From: Cenarchaeum sp.
GTDB lineage: Archaea; Thermoproteota; Nitrososphaeria; Nitrososphaerales; Nitrosopumilaceae
DNA length: 64,000 bases
Assembly: GCA_965212015.1 (NCBI GenBank)
Contig: OZ243037.1
Span: forward strand, 832,001-896,000
Direction: 5' to 3'
Shown: positions 1 to 8,379 of the stretch, in pieces
Layout of the letters: each line of letters opens with the position of its first letter
How positions within the stretch are numbered: the stretch's first letter is position 1
Translations under genes and position numbers: made by a program
The notes under the pieces: model-generated
Database searches by the model: none
Seen by the model: the letters and a program-made list of their open reading frames with translations, nothing else
Told to the model about the DNA's origin: nothing

Positions 1-264
1 CCTTTCCCCGAGTATCTCCCTTATCGCGCGCGAAAACGCCATCAGGACGTCGTCGGGGTTTTCGTTGAACTTTGAGTCAATCTCCGGGAACGACACGAGA
101 TCGTTATAGTCTATCACGATGAACTTTGAATTCCTGGACATCATTTGATCGATTTGATCCACGTACTGATAGTGTCCCGCCTTGTCCTTGTGCTGGACTA
201 GAAACGACTTTATCATGTCAGACAGCGCCGAGTCTGTGAGCTGCCGGGCCTCGACGGCAGTCAC
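1..264 (-). CDS. mcm: MCM replicative helicase, N-terminal part (truncated by the window edge)
   Basis: Manual translation from GTG at 264, overlapping the GINS stop (GTGA): MTAVEARQLTDSALSDMIKSFL...YQYVDQIDQMMSRNSKFIVIDYNDL...NPDDVLMAFSRAIREIL, a typical MCM N-domain; conserved gins-mcm adjacency. Confidence 0.85.
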   Translation of the reverse strand, partial: MTAVEARQLTDSALSDMIKSFLVQHKDKAGHYQYVDQIDQMMSRNSKFIVIDYNDLVSFPEIDSKFNENPDDVLMAFSRAIREILGER

Positions 265-779
265 TTGCCGTCACCGATGATTTGCGCGGTAAAGGCCGCG
301 CTTGTGTCGTGCAAATTGTTGTAAAACTCTCGCTCCTCGACTGTCATTTTTCCGGACAGCTCTGCTGTAAGCTTGGAGGAGTCTGCAAGGTGGATTATCT
401 TGCCGTGCCTCTTTCTCAAAAGCGTGTTGAGCATGCTTTCGACCTTGTCGCGATCAGAGTCGGGCAGCTTTTTCATGTATGCCTTTAGCTTTATGTAAAA
501 ATGCTCCTCGAGTGTTGCCAGCTCAAACTCGCCCTGGACGTTCTCCTTTACTATGGCCTGCTTTAGCTCCACTACCATGTCGACTTCTTGTATCTGCCCG
601 TGCTTTTCGTCCTCCAGGACGGCCGCCACGTACCGCGGTATGTTCATGATTTCGCCCTCCTTGGCCTCTATCTTGATTCCGGCCACGCTGATTTTGACGT
701 CGTGGACAAAGGCGAACTTTACGTCCTGGAGCTCAAAGCCAGTCGCGTGCGCCCGGTCCAAATCCTTTGTCTGTGGCAT
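261..779 (-). CDS. GINS complex subunit (Gins23/Psf2-like)
   Basis: 172 aa; B-domain motif EGEIMNIPRYVAAVL followed by a helical A-domain (LEEHFYIK, RKRHGKII); directly upstream of mcm. Confidence 0.8.
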   Translation of the reverse strand: MPQTKDLDRAHATGFELQDVKFAFVHDVKISVAGIKIEAKEGEIMNIPRYVAAVLEDEKHGQIQEVDMVVELKQAIVKENVQGEFELATLEEHFYIKLKAYMKKLPDSDRDKVESMLNTLLRKRHGKIIHLADSSKLTAELSGKMTVEEREFYNNLHDTSAAFTAQIIGDGK

Positions 780-906
780 TGGGATCAGCTATTCCCCCGC
801 CTGTGCTCATACAGCGTAGCGATCATTTTTATTAACAACATGGTAAGATCAATTGATCCTGCTCACTACTGTGATTTATTTAGTGGGTTATAACAGTATA
901 ATTCGC

Positions 907-1854
907 ATGTCATCTAGGAGCATGTGGGTGGAGAAATACCGCCCATCGAGGCTGTCCCAGATAGTGGGCCAGAAGGAGGTTATAAGGAGCATCGGGGCGC
1001 TGCTAAAAAAGCCCCCAGAGATGCCACATTTGATGTTCTCGGGATCCGCCGGCGTGGGCAAGACCACGACTGCCCTGTGCATTGCGCGGCAGGTGCTAGG
1101 GGACCACATAAAGGGCAACCTGCTTGAGCTCAACGCGTCTGACGAGCGCGGAATAAACATGGTGCGCGAAAAGGTGAAAAGGTTCTCAAACTATGCTGCC
1201 TTTGATGACATTCCCTTCAAGATAATCATTCTGGATGAGGCCGACGAAATGACGGCAGATGCGCAGACTGCGCTGCGCAGGATAATAGAGGACGCAGCCA
1301 GGATATGCAGGTTTATCCTGATTGCAAACAATATATCAAAAATAATAAGCCCCATCCAGAGCAGGTGCGCAATCTTCAAGTTTACTGCGATTCCCCAAAA
1401 GGACATAGTAGCCCACCTCAAAAAAATAGCGTCAGAGGAAAAGGTGACAGCCGACCAAAAGGGACTAGACATGATACACGAGTATTCAGAAGGTGACCTG
1501 AGGCACTCGATAAACATGCTGCAGGCAGCCGCCAGCCTTGGCGGCATAACAGAGGAGAACGTCAGGGCGTCGGCCGGACTGACAAAGACCGGCGACGTAG
1601 GCAAGATACTGGCCCTTGCAACCGGCGGAAAGATTACGCAGGCAAGAGAGCAGATGATAGAGCTCATCAAGGTTTACGGAATGTCAGAGTCGGACTTTTT
1701 AAAGTACCTCAACTCTGCGGTCTTTAAGACAAAGACGGAGAACACTGGTGGAATCCTCGAGGTGATTGCAAAGTACGATTACAGGATTCTAGTCGGGGCA
1801 AACCCCGAGATTCAGCTCTCCGCAATGCTTGCAGAGCTCGGGGACATAAAGTAG
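907..1854 (+). CDS. rfcS: Replication factor C small subunit
   Basis: WVEKYRP, Walker A GSAGVGKTT, ELNASDERG, DEAD, SRC motif; no intein. Confidence 0.97.
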   Translation: MSSRSMWVEKYRPSRLSQIVGQKEVIRSIGALLKKPPEMPHLMFSGSAGVGKTTTALCIARQVLGDHIKGNLLELNASDERGINMVREKVKRFSNYAAFDDIPFKIIILDEADEMTADAQTALRRIIEDAARICRFILIANNISKIISPIQSRCAIFKFTAIPQKDIVAHLKKIASEEKVTADQKGLDMIHEYSEGDLRHSINMLQAAASLGGITEENVRASAGLTKTGDVGKILALATGGKITQAREQMIELIKVYGMSESDFLKYLNSAVFKTKTENTGGILEVIAKYDYRILVGANPEIQLSAMLAELGDIK

Positions 1855-1891
1855 ATCAGCCGCACGCAGGTTTTAATCCCGCAGCGCGGCG

Positions 1892-2008
1892 TTATTCATC
1901 TTCAAAGAGCTCCTCGTAAAACTCGCGTTCTTCTTTTGGCATCTCTTTTACGGCCTTTTCGACCTCTTTGGCATGCTTTATCATCCAGCCTTTTGGCAGT
2001 TCGTCCAT
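1892..2008 (-). CDS. Small hypothetical protein (38 aa)
   Basis: MDELPKGWMIKHAKEVEKAVKEMPKEEREFYEELFEDE; below the ORF-track cut-off; TTATAT box about 25 nt upstream. Confidence 0.4.
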   Translation of the reverse strand: MDELPKGWMIKHAKEVEKAVKEMPKEEREFYEELFEDE

Positions 2009-2248
2009 GTGTTGAAAGCATGGCATATTCGATATAAGGGTTATTTGTCAAAATCCAGTCTTTGTTTGGCCATGACCTGGATTAGTTTATTGGATGCAAA
2101 CTTTTCTTTATTACGGTATAATGCCGACGCGCGGTATCTTGGAACTGCATTATTTGGATCCCAGTCAAGCCGTTTTCCACGATGATCCTTTCTTGGCAGC
2201 ATCTCGAACAGATCCACGTATCTCCAGGATTCCACGGTTTGATCCCGC

Positions 2249-3574
2249 CTATTGCCTTGTGCGCCTTGCCCATTTTTCCAGCGAGTTTGCAGAGTCCATC
2301 ATGTGCGGCGCGTTTCTCCTTACAAACTCTGCCTCTTCCGATGCGCTCCCCGGCCTGTTTTCCCGATAGTCATCGTACGCCTTTTTGCCGTCATAGTCGA
2401 CAAACGCTATGCGGGCGCCGTAATCGGCAGGCTCTAGCATGTTTGCATCCCCGGTGACAGTCGCAAGATGGTACGGGCACCTGATCAGAGAGTCCCCGAG
2501 CCGGTTAGAGTTTGCCACCCCGTGCCGCCTGAGATCTTTTGACATGCCGTTGAAATCAGCATAGAAATAAAACGCGCCCTCCGGCATCGTACATTCCACC
2601 CCGTCAACGCCGTTCCACAGCTCGCTTAGCTGCGTGCCCATCATCCTGTGTATCTGACGCGTAATCCCAAAATACTCCTCGATTCCGGGATCCGGCTCGT
2701 AGGCCTTTATTGCGGCAAACTGCGTCGGCGTAGAGACGTTGGTGTATATGGTGGCTGCCACCTTTTTAAAGTCGGCCAGCAGCTTTTTAGAGTCAGTGTC
2801 TGGCAGTACGCACGAGCCCAGCCTGTATCCTCCGGCAGACCTGTCCTTGGAGAGCCCGTTTGTGACAAAGGCGCCCTCCGGATAGATCTTTGCAAGGCTG
2901 GTAAATTTTTCAACGTCATAGGTCGACAGCGCGTAAATTTCGTCGGCCAGAATCAAAATCCCGCGCCTTCTGCACACCCCGACAATCCCCTCAAGCTCGG
3001 CCTCCGTGTATAATGCGCCGGTCGGATTGTGCGGGTTGTTGATTACCAGCGTGTGCTGCTTTTCCTCAAGCGAGCCGGCAAACTCGTCGAGCTGTTCGGG
3101 GGTTATCTTGTAGCCGTTCTCCTTTTTCAGGTGCAGCGTGTGAAAGTGCTTGTTTAGCAGGTACATCTGCGGCCTGTACCCTATCCACGAGGGGGACGGA
3201 AGAATCACCCCGCCGTCCAGGATTAAAAAGAGCGTATTGATCAAATCCTTGGTTCCGGGCCCGATTATTATCCTGTCCGCATCCAGGCTCAGGCCGAAAT
3301 GCCTGTTGTTAAAGTCGGCTATTGCCTGCCGCAGCGGCAGTATCCCTTCTGCATCCGAATAGTGCCCCTGTCCGGCGTTCTCTGCCAGTCCCCGCCGCAG
3401 CGTCTCAGGCACGTGAAACGGCGACTGTCCAAATCCCAGGCCGTAATAGTGAAACGAACAGCTTCCCGCACGGCACTGCTCCTTTTGCTTTGCCACCATC
3501 AGTCCCACCTTTAGGTTGTCCGGCGTGACAATCCTGTCCACGTTGGAATCAATCATGATTTCGCGCATCACCAT
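2249..3574 (-). CDS. PLP-dependent aminotransferase class I/II
   Basis: FGQSPF, NNPHNPTG, DEIY and SKDRSAGGYRLG (PLP-lysine) motifs; start probably 3574 or 3568 rather than 3652. Confidence 0.92.
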   Translation of the reverse strand: MVMREIMIDSNVDRIVTPDNLKVGLMVAKQKEQCRAGSCSFHYYGLGFGQSPFHVPETLRRGLAENAGQGHYSDAEGILPLRQAIADFNNRHFGLSLDADRIIIGPGTKDLINTLFLILDGGVILPSPSWIGYRPQMYLLNKHFHTLHLKKENGYKITPEQLDEFAGSLEEKQHTLVINNPHNPTGALYTEAELEGIVGVCRRRGILILADEIYALSTYDVEKFTSLAKIYPEGAFVTNGLSKDRSAGGYRLGSCVLPDTDSKKLLADFKKVAATIYTNVSTPTQFAAIKAYEPDPGIEEYFGITRQIHRMMGTQLSELWNGVDGVECTMPEGAFYFYADFNGMSKDLRRHGVANSNRLGDSLIRCPYHLATVTGDANMLEPADYGARIAFVDYDGKKAYDDYRENRPGSASEEAEFVRRNAPHMMDSANSLEKWARRTRQ

Positions 3575-3704
3575 ACACACCGTACAATCGATATTATCTT
3601 TTTCCCAAATTCGCCGTCCCGTGCGACCGCAGACACACATTGGGGGACGCACGCAGGTAGGAGGGCCAAACAGTGTGATTTCCGCACGCGACTGATTGCG
3701 CCCA

Positions 3705-3897
3705 AAACCCTACGTGCCGGCAGCGTCGGACATCTGCCGGAATGGAGGCCTTGACGGCCAGATCCCAGTCAGAATCGTCCCGAGGCCGAACAGTCCCCGG
3801 CAGGTGCCGGTACGATGTAGGGCCGATTCTGCAACTCGAGGCGGAAATTCCCAGTTGGTCCCGTGTCCATTACGGAGAAATGTTCGCGCCCGCCTGC
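3705..3897. ncRNA. Candidate structured non-coding RNA with a pseudoknot
   Basis: Intergenic; nested helices 3708-3713/3817-3822, 3714-3722/3805-3813, 3733-3740/3797-3804; crossing helix 3770-3777/3824-3831; second domain closed by 3839-3844/3890-3895. Confidence 0.5.
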
Positions 3898-3991
3898 TGA
3901 GAACTATAAAGCGCAAACCCCACACACAAATATATAAAATGATAGGTACAACTAGGATGAATTGCCTGGCATAGAATGCGTGATTAGCTAG

Positions 3992-4648
3992 TTGGGACTG
4001 CGGGATATCTCACTAAAAGAAGAGTACCGGTCGGATCGGGACGACATTGTCACAGAGTTTTTCATCCCGTGCCTTGGCAACTGCATAGAGTACGACAGGT
4101 GTATAGAGTACATCTCGCTGAAAAGCCTGACCACGCTTGCGCTGGGCCTTGACAACTTTACAAAAAACAAGGCCAGGATAAGGATAATCTGCGGCCACCG
4201 GTTTGACGCCTCTGATCTGGAGTTCATCACAAAGCTGTTCATAGACAACCGCGGCTTTCCGCTAAAGACCGGGCTTATCAGGGATTCAAAGATCAAGATG
4301 CTCTATGACCTGGTAGAAAACCGCCAAATCGAGATCAAGATTGCGATTCCAAACTCAGAAGAGGTCGTAGGCTCGTTTAGCGACAGGGTCGGCATCTTTG
4401 TCGACGAACGCGACGACGTAGTGGCCTTTACGGGCACGTCCAACCAGACATTCAACGCGCAAAACAGGAACTTTGAATCAGTGGACGTCTTTACGTCGTG
4501 GAACGACAAGAGCAGGGTAGAGATCAAGACCAAGGATTTCGGGGACCTGTGGGAGAACAAGACCAGGCACGTCGAGGTCTATGACTTTGAGCACGCCCAG
4601 AAGAGAAACATGCTGAAATATTCCTCCAGGTGGGCAATCGACGTCTAG
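3992..4648 (+). CDS. Stand-alone PLD-like domain of SF2 helicase/restriction-type proteins (degenerate HKD)
   Basis: YRSDRDDIVTEFFIPCL, YDR, GIFVD..DDVVAFTGTSNQT, NFESVDVF match the N-terminal PLD module of such helicases; HxK is replaced by SDR. Confidence 0.65.
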   Translation: MGLRDISLKEEYRSDRDDIVTEFFIPCLGNCIEYDRCIEYISLKSLTTLALGLDNFTKNKARIRIICGHRFDASDLEFITKLFIDNRGFPLKTGLIRDSKIKMLYDLVENRQIEIKIAIPNSEEVVGSFSDRVGIFVDERDDVVAFTGTSNQTFNAQNRNFESVDVFTSWNDKSRVEIKTKDFGDLWENKTRHVEVYDFEHAQKRNMLKYSSRWAIDV

Positions 4649-5218
4649 TCAGAGCTCGATCCTGTCCTGCACGCCGGCCTTGTTTTGCAAAAAGCCGATT
4701 TTGGACAGCCTGTAATAGATTATCTCGCCCCTTCTTTCGATTACCGCCACGATGGGCTCCTTTCCCATCTGCGTAATCTGCTCCACCTTTTCTTGCAGGT
4801 CTCCTATCCTTTCCTGCGTGCCCTCGTTTAGCCCAAAGATCACGTATTTGGCGCCCTTTGTGCCAAAGTGCCCCCGCTCGTACACGCGAAAATCCGAGCC
4901 GAATCCAAACCCGTCCTTTACGGCGTACCCCCTGCTGCGCAGATCCCGGTAGATCAGAAACTTGGTCAGAATCGTCTTGTCGTACTTTTTGCATATCTGC
5001 ATCAGCGCGTTAAAGTCCAGGGTTTTTTTGGCCCTGATGAGCTGCAGCTTGTCGCAGTAAAGCAGGTACAGGGACTCGAAGGGCTTTAGGAAAAACTTGT
5101 CGCGTATGGTCTCGCCGTATCCCTTGCACTCTAGCTCGCGCCGCACGTCTGCGTCAGAAACCAGCGTGAGATCCTTGACCAGCCGGCCCTGGACTTGCGG
5201 TTCGGATGGCTGCTCCAT
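4649..5218 (-). CDS. endA: tRNA-splicing endonuclease subunit (probably structural)
   Basis: YRDLRSRGYAVKDGFGFGSDFRVY; the catalytic His and the RxAxxVRK motif are not evident. Confidence 0.85.
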   Translation of the reverse strand: MEQPSEPQVQGRLVKDLTLVSDADVRRELECKGYGETIRDKFFLKPFESLYLLYCDKLQLIRAKKTLDFNALMQICKKYDKTILTKFLIYRDLRSRGYAVKDGFGFGSDFRVYERGHFGTKGAKYVIFGLNEGTQERIGDLQEKVEQITQMGKEPIVAVIERRGEIIYYRLSKIGFLQNKAGVQDRIEL

Positions 5219-5339
5219 TGTACGGGAGTGGCCCGTTTTTTCAATATAAGCCACACTAGGCCGGAATCCCCAGGACCGGAGGGCGCTTTTACGACTCTTA
5301 AAATAAGGGCTCAGAGGCGTAAGGCCAACGGGTCATATC

Positions 5340-5837
5340 ATGCACGGTGCAAACTATAGAAAGGGAAACGGCCAGCCATACACGAGAAAAAAATACATCA
5401 AGGGCAAGCCGCAGATAAAAATCACGAAATTTCAGACCGGAACGCCGGGCGGATACGACTATTGCGTGCAGCTATTAATCAACGAAAAGATACAGATCCG
5501 GCACATGGCCATAGAATCCACAAGGCTTGCGGCAAACAAGACCATCGAAAAGGCCACCGGCGAGAGCGGATACTATTCCAGGCTCAGGGTGTACCCCCAC
5601 GTCCTGCTAAGGGAGAACAAAATGATCGCAACTGCCGGCGCAGACAGGCTTCAGGAGGGCATGAGGCGCGCCTTTGGAAAGGCAGTCAGCCTCGGCGCCA
5701 GAGTCAAGCAGGGACAGGTAATCTATGAGGCGCACGTCAAAAAGGAGCACCTAGAGCACGCAAAAAAGGCCATAAAGCACGCATGTGTAAAGCTTCCCGG
5801 AACCCCGACGATCAAAGTCATTGAGCTAAAAAACTAG
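5340..5837 (+). CDS. rpl10e: 50S ribosomal protein uL16 (L10e)
   Basis: YTRKKYIKG, VYPHVLLRENKMIATAGADRLQEGMRRAFGK. Confidence 0.97.
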   Translation: MHGANYRKGNGQPYTRKKYIKGKPQIKITKFQTGTPGGYDYCVQLLINEKIQIRHMAIESTRLAANKTIEKATGESGYYSRLRVYPHVLLRENKMIATAGADRLQEGMRRAFGKAVSLGARVKQGQVIYEAHVKKEHLEHAKKAIKHACVKLPGTPTIKVIELKN

Positions 5838-6115
5838 GTCCCGTCCTGTTTCAGGGCGCCAAGAATCTCGCGCTCCCGCGCCACTAAAATTCCGACAAAC
5901 TCGGTAAACTCGTCGTCAGTCGGATCACGCGAAAGGATTCTCCTGCACTGATAGTGAAACGAGTTGTACAGCCTGCCAATTACGATTCCGCACGCAAACG
6001 CGTTATCATCAGACGACATTTTGCCAAGCGACCCTGCCACGGTTTTAATCCAGGCGGTATTCTCAAAGACCTCGCCGATTTTTTGGTTTACCACCTTGAG
6101 CAGTCTCTCATCCAT
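5834..6115 (-). CDS. Hypothetical protein
   Basis: 93 aa with GIVIGRLYNSFHYQCRRILSRDPT; fills the gap between convergent genes. Confidence 0.7.
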   Translation of the reverse strand: MDERLLKVVNQKIGEVFENTAWIKTVAGSLGKMSSDDNAFACGIVIGRLYNSFHYQCRRILSRDPTDDEFTEFVGILVAREREILGALKQDGT

Positions 6116-6197
6116 GCGTTATACATGTCGGCGGTGATTAAAAATTGTGTCGCATCGATCAGTAGGCTTTAATATAGAAAATACGGCTGTTGTTTGG

Positions 6198-6271
6198 GCA
6201 GTCGTAGTATAGTTTGGTTATTATTCCAGCTTGCCAAGTTGGTGACCCGGGTTCAAATCCCGGCGACTGCA
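6198..6271 (+). tRNA. tRNA-Gly(GCC)
   Basis: Acceptor stem GCAGTCG/CGACTGC, anticodon arm CCAGC-TTGCCAA-GTTGG, T arm CCGGG-TTCAAAT-CCCGG; TTTAAT box upstream. Confidence 0.97.
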
Positions 6272-6272
6272 C

Positions 6273-6647
6273 TCACCTGCCGAGGCCGCCTCTGATCATC
6301 TCTAGCGCATCGTGCGCCCTTTCGGGCCTGGGAAGCTGAATCATGAATATGTTCCCCCCGTCGGATTCCGAGGACAGCGCCATCATGGACGTCTCTGCTA
6401 GCAGCTCAAAGAAATCCACGCACGTGCTTGCATCAAGCAGTATCTTTAGCGCGGTTTGATCCGGAAAGGTCATGGTTATGTCGACAAACACGTGTCCTGC
6501 GCCGTCCTGTATGATGTTGAGGTTCGTGTCTATTGATGCGGGCCTGCCTGCGACCTTGCGCATTACTTTATCAAACCTTTCCGGCCGCAGCTGTATGCAC
6601 GGAACCGTGGTCTGCTCGTACCGTATGGCAGTGACCCCGCGGTGCAC
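6273..6647 (-). CDS. Hypothetical protein
   Basis: ORF directly downstream of the antiporter gene; true start may be about 6683. Confidence 0.7.
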   Translation of the reverse strand: MHRGVTAIRYEQTTVPCIQLRPERFDKVMRKVAGRPASIDTNLNIIQDGAGHVFVDITMTFPDQTALKILLDASTCVDFFELLAETSMMALSSESDGGNIFMIQLPRPERAHDALEMIRGGLGR

Positions 6648-6686
6648 CCTCTTTAGGAGATCGCCTAGCTCGCCTTCGGGCAGCCC

Positions 6687-8003
6687 CTACTCCTCCCGCA
6701 TCCGGGCAACCACCCTGTCGCTTGCCTTGATTAGAAACGGCGAGATAAAGGCGGTGATTATGGCAATGAGTCCGATCAGCGGAAAGACAAAGCTGCTCAC
6801 GACTCCCAAATCCACGCCTATCTTTACGATTACAATCGAAAACTCACCCCGGGGCGACGCAAGGGTGAACGCAGTCCTTACCGATTTTTTCCTTTTCTGC
6901 CTGAGGACAAAGCTTCCAAGCAGGTTTCCGCCGAATTTTGTGGCGGTGGCCACGACAATCAGAACGACGGCCAGAAACACATAGTTCTGTATCTGGCTTA
7001 TGTCCATCAGCGCCCCGACTGACACGAAAAAGATTGCAACAAACATGTCCTTTATGGGGCTGGAGAGCATCTTTGAGACCTCGGCGGACTTGGATTCGGC
7101 GACTAGCACGCCGGCCAGAAACGCCCCGATCGCAACGGAAAGCCCGACAATGTTTGCAAGCAGCGCGTATCCAAAGCAGACGCCCAGCACGCTAAGAAGC
7201 AGGATCTCCCTGTGCTCGGCGGCGGCCACCTTGTCTATAAGCCGCGGTATTATCCTGGTGCCGATGGTAAACGTGCCCACGATCAGGCCGGCTGCCACGA
7301 TAACTACCACAAGCACGCTCTCAATTGACACCGTGCCCACAAGCGCAATGGACTGCAGCGAGGAGATCAAGATTACTGCGATTATATCCTCCACTATCAG
7401 GACGCCCAGTACCAGTATGGACGACTCTTTTTTGATCTTGCCTGCATCGGTGAGTATCTTTACAATTATGGCAGTGCTGCTAATCGACAGGGCCGCTGCC
7501 AGAAACAGCGAGTCCATAAAGTTCAGCCCCATCGCCCCTGCGGCAAGAAACACCGCGCCCATGGTCAGAAACAGCCCCAGTGTTCCGACACCTGCGGCGA
7601 CCTTGCCTATGGAGCGGATCTTGGCGTACGGAAACTCGATCCCTATCACAAACAGCAGCAGTATGACGCCAATCTCTGCAAAAAGATTCAGCGCCGAAAT
7701 GTCAGACAGTATTCCGACTCCGTCGACGGGATCCCCGGGCACCCCGCCTTTTGGCAAAAGCCACGACCACAGCGGCGAGAGGGGCCCGATGAGCATTCCC
7801 GCAAAAAGGTACCCGATTATCAGCGGCTGCCGTATCTTAAAGAACGCCAGGGTCACGACTGCCCCGATTATCATGATTATCGCAAGATCGGTCACAAACG
7901 TGGTGTGGGGCAGCTCCGGTGTGAGCTGCTCGATTATGCTCATAATGCTGGCATTAAGCGAGTCCTGAATGCCAGAGTCTGCCTGTAAAAAAAAATCCCT
8001 CAT
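6687..8003 (-). CDS. Cation/H+ antiporter (CPA2, Kef-type)
   Basis: Many TM helices; AEIGVILLLFVIGIEF, SISSTAII, LIVEDI, GEFSIV. Confidence 0.93.
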   Translation of the reverse strand: MRDFFLQADSGIQDSLNASIMSIIEQLTPELPHTTFVTDLAIIMIIGAVVTLAFFKIRQPLIIGYLFAGMLIGPLSPLWSWLLPKGGVPGDPVDGVGILSDISALNLFAEIGVILLLFVIGIEFPYAKIRSIGKVAAGVGTLGLFLTMGAVFLAAGAMGLNFMDSLFLAAALSISSTAIIVKILTDAGKIKKESSILVLGVLIVEDIIAVILISSLQSIALVGTVSIESVLVVVIVAAGLIVGTFTIGTRIIPRLIDKVAAAEHREILLLSVLGVCFGYALLANIVGLSVAIGAFLAGVLVAESKSAEVSKMLSSPIKDMFVAIFFVSVGALMDISQIQNYVFLAVVLIVVATATKFGGNLLGSFVLRQKRKKSVRTAFTLASPRGEFSIVIVKIGVDLGVVSSFVFPLIGLIAIITAFISPFLIKASDRVVARMREE

Positions 8004-8105
8004 ACCATCGCCTGTACACAGATTTGCTTAAAAACAGAATGGTTTTGCGCGCATGGCCGGATTCTGCGCTAAAACCTCTTTATTTGCTGTGCTGCCACCC
8101 CTTCA

Positions 8106-8165
8106 CACAGAATGATGATTAGGTAGCTGATCAATGATGAAAGACACCTGGGGTATCTGACTGTG
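8106..8165 (+). ncRNA. C/D box guide sRNA
   Basis: Terminal stem CACAG/CTGTG; C box ATGATGA (8112), D' CTGA (8127), C' ATGATGA (8134), D CTGA (8157); TTTATT box about 25 nt upstream. Confidence 0.88.
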
Positions 8166-8195
8166 GGTTATCATGTAATAACCAGCGTATTAATA

Positions 8196-8214
8196 GTACG
8201 GTACCATACCGTAC
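8196..8214. promoter_or_regulatory. Perfect inverted repeat (operator-like)
   Basis: GTACGGTA-cca-TACCGTAC between a TATA-like TATTAA and ATG 8218. Confidence 0.45.
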
Positions 8215-8217
8215 AAT

Positions 8218-8325
8218 ATGATTCAGTGTGAATACTGCACAAAGGGCTTCATCGAGACCCACTGCGGACTGGCAGAAAAGACCATCCACGAGCTGCTGCA
8301 CGAACCCGAGCTAGTAAACAACTAG
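8218..8325 (+). CDS. 35-aa C2H2-like zinc-finger microprotein
   Basis: MIQCEYCTKGFIETHCGLAEKTIHELLHEPELVNN (CxxC...HxxxH); TATA box about 25 nt upstream. Confidence 0.7.
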   Translation: MIQCEYCTKGFIETHCGLAEKTIHELLHEPELVNN

Positions 8326-8379
8326 CCCGTCATTTCTTTTTATCCCAACTCTTTTATGCGCAGCGGGGCTGTCTGTTAC

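Noticed and set aside
3849-3903. HDV-like ribozyme (TGG-TCCCGTGT-CCA)
   Set aside because: The L3 loop does not fit UYCHCG and no 7-bp P1 can be formed
6198-6271. tRNA-Gly as an integration site
   Set aside because: No duplicated 3' end and no integrase seen in the window
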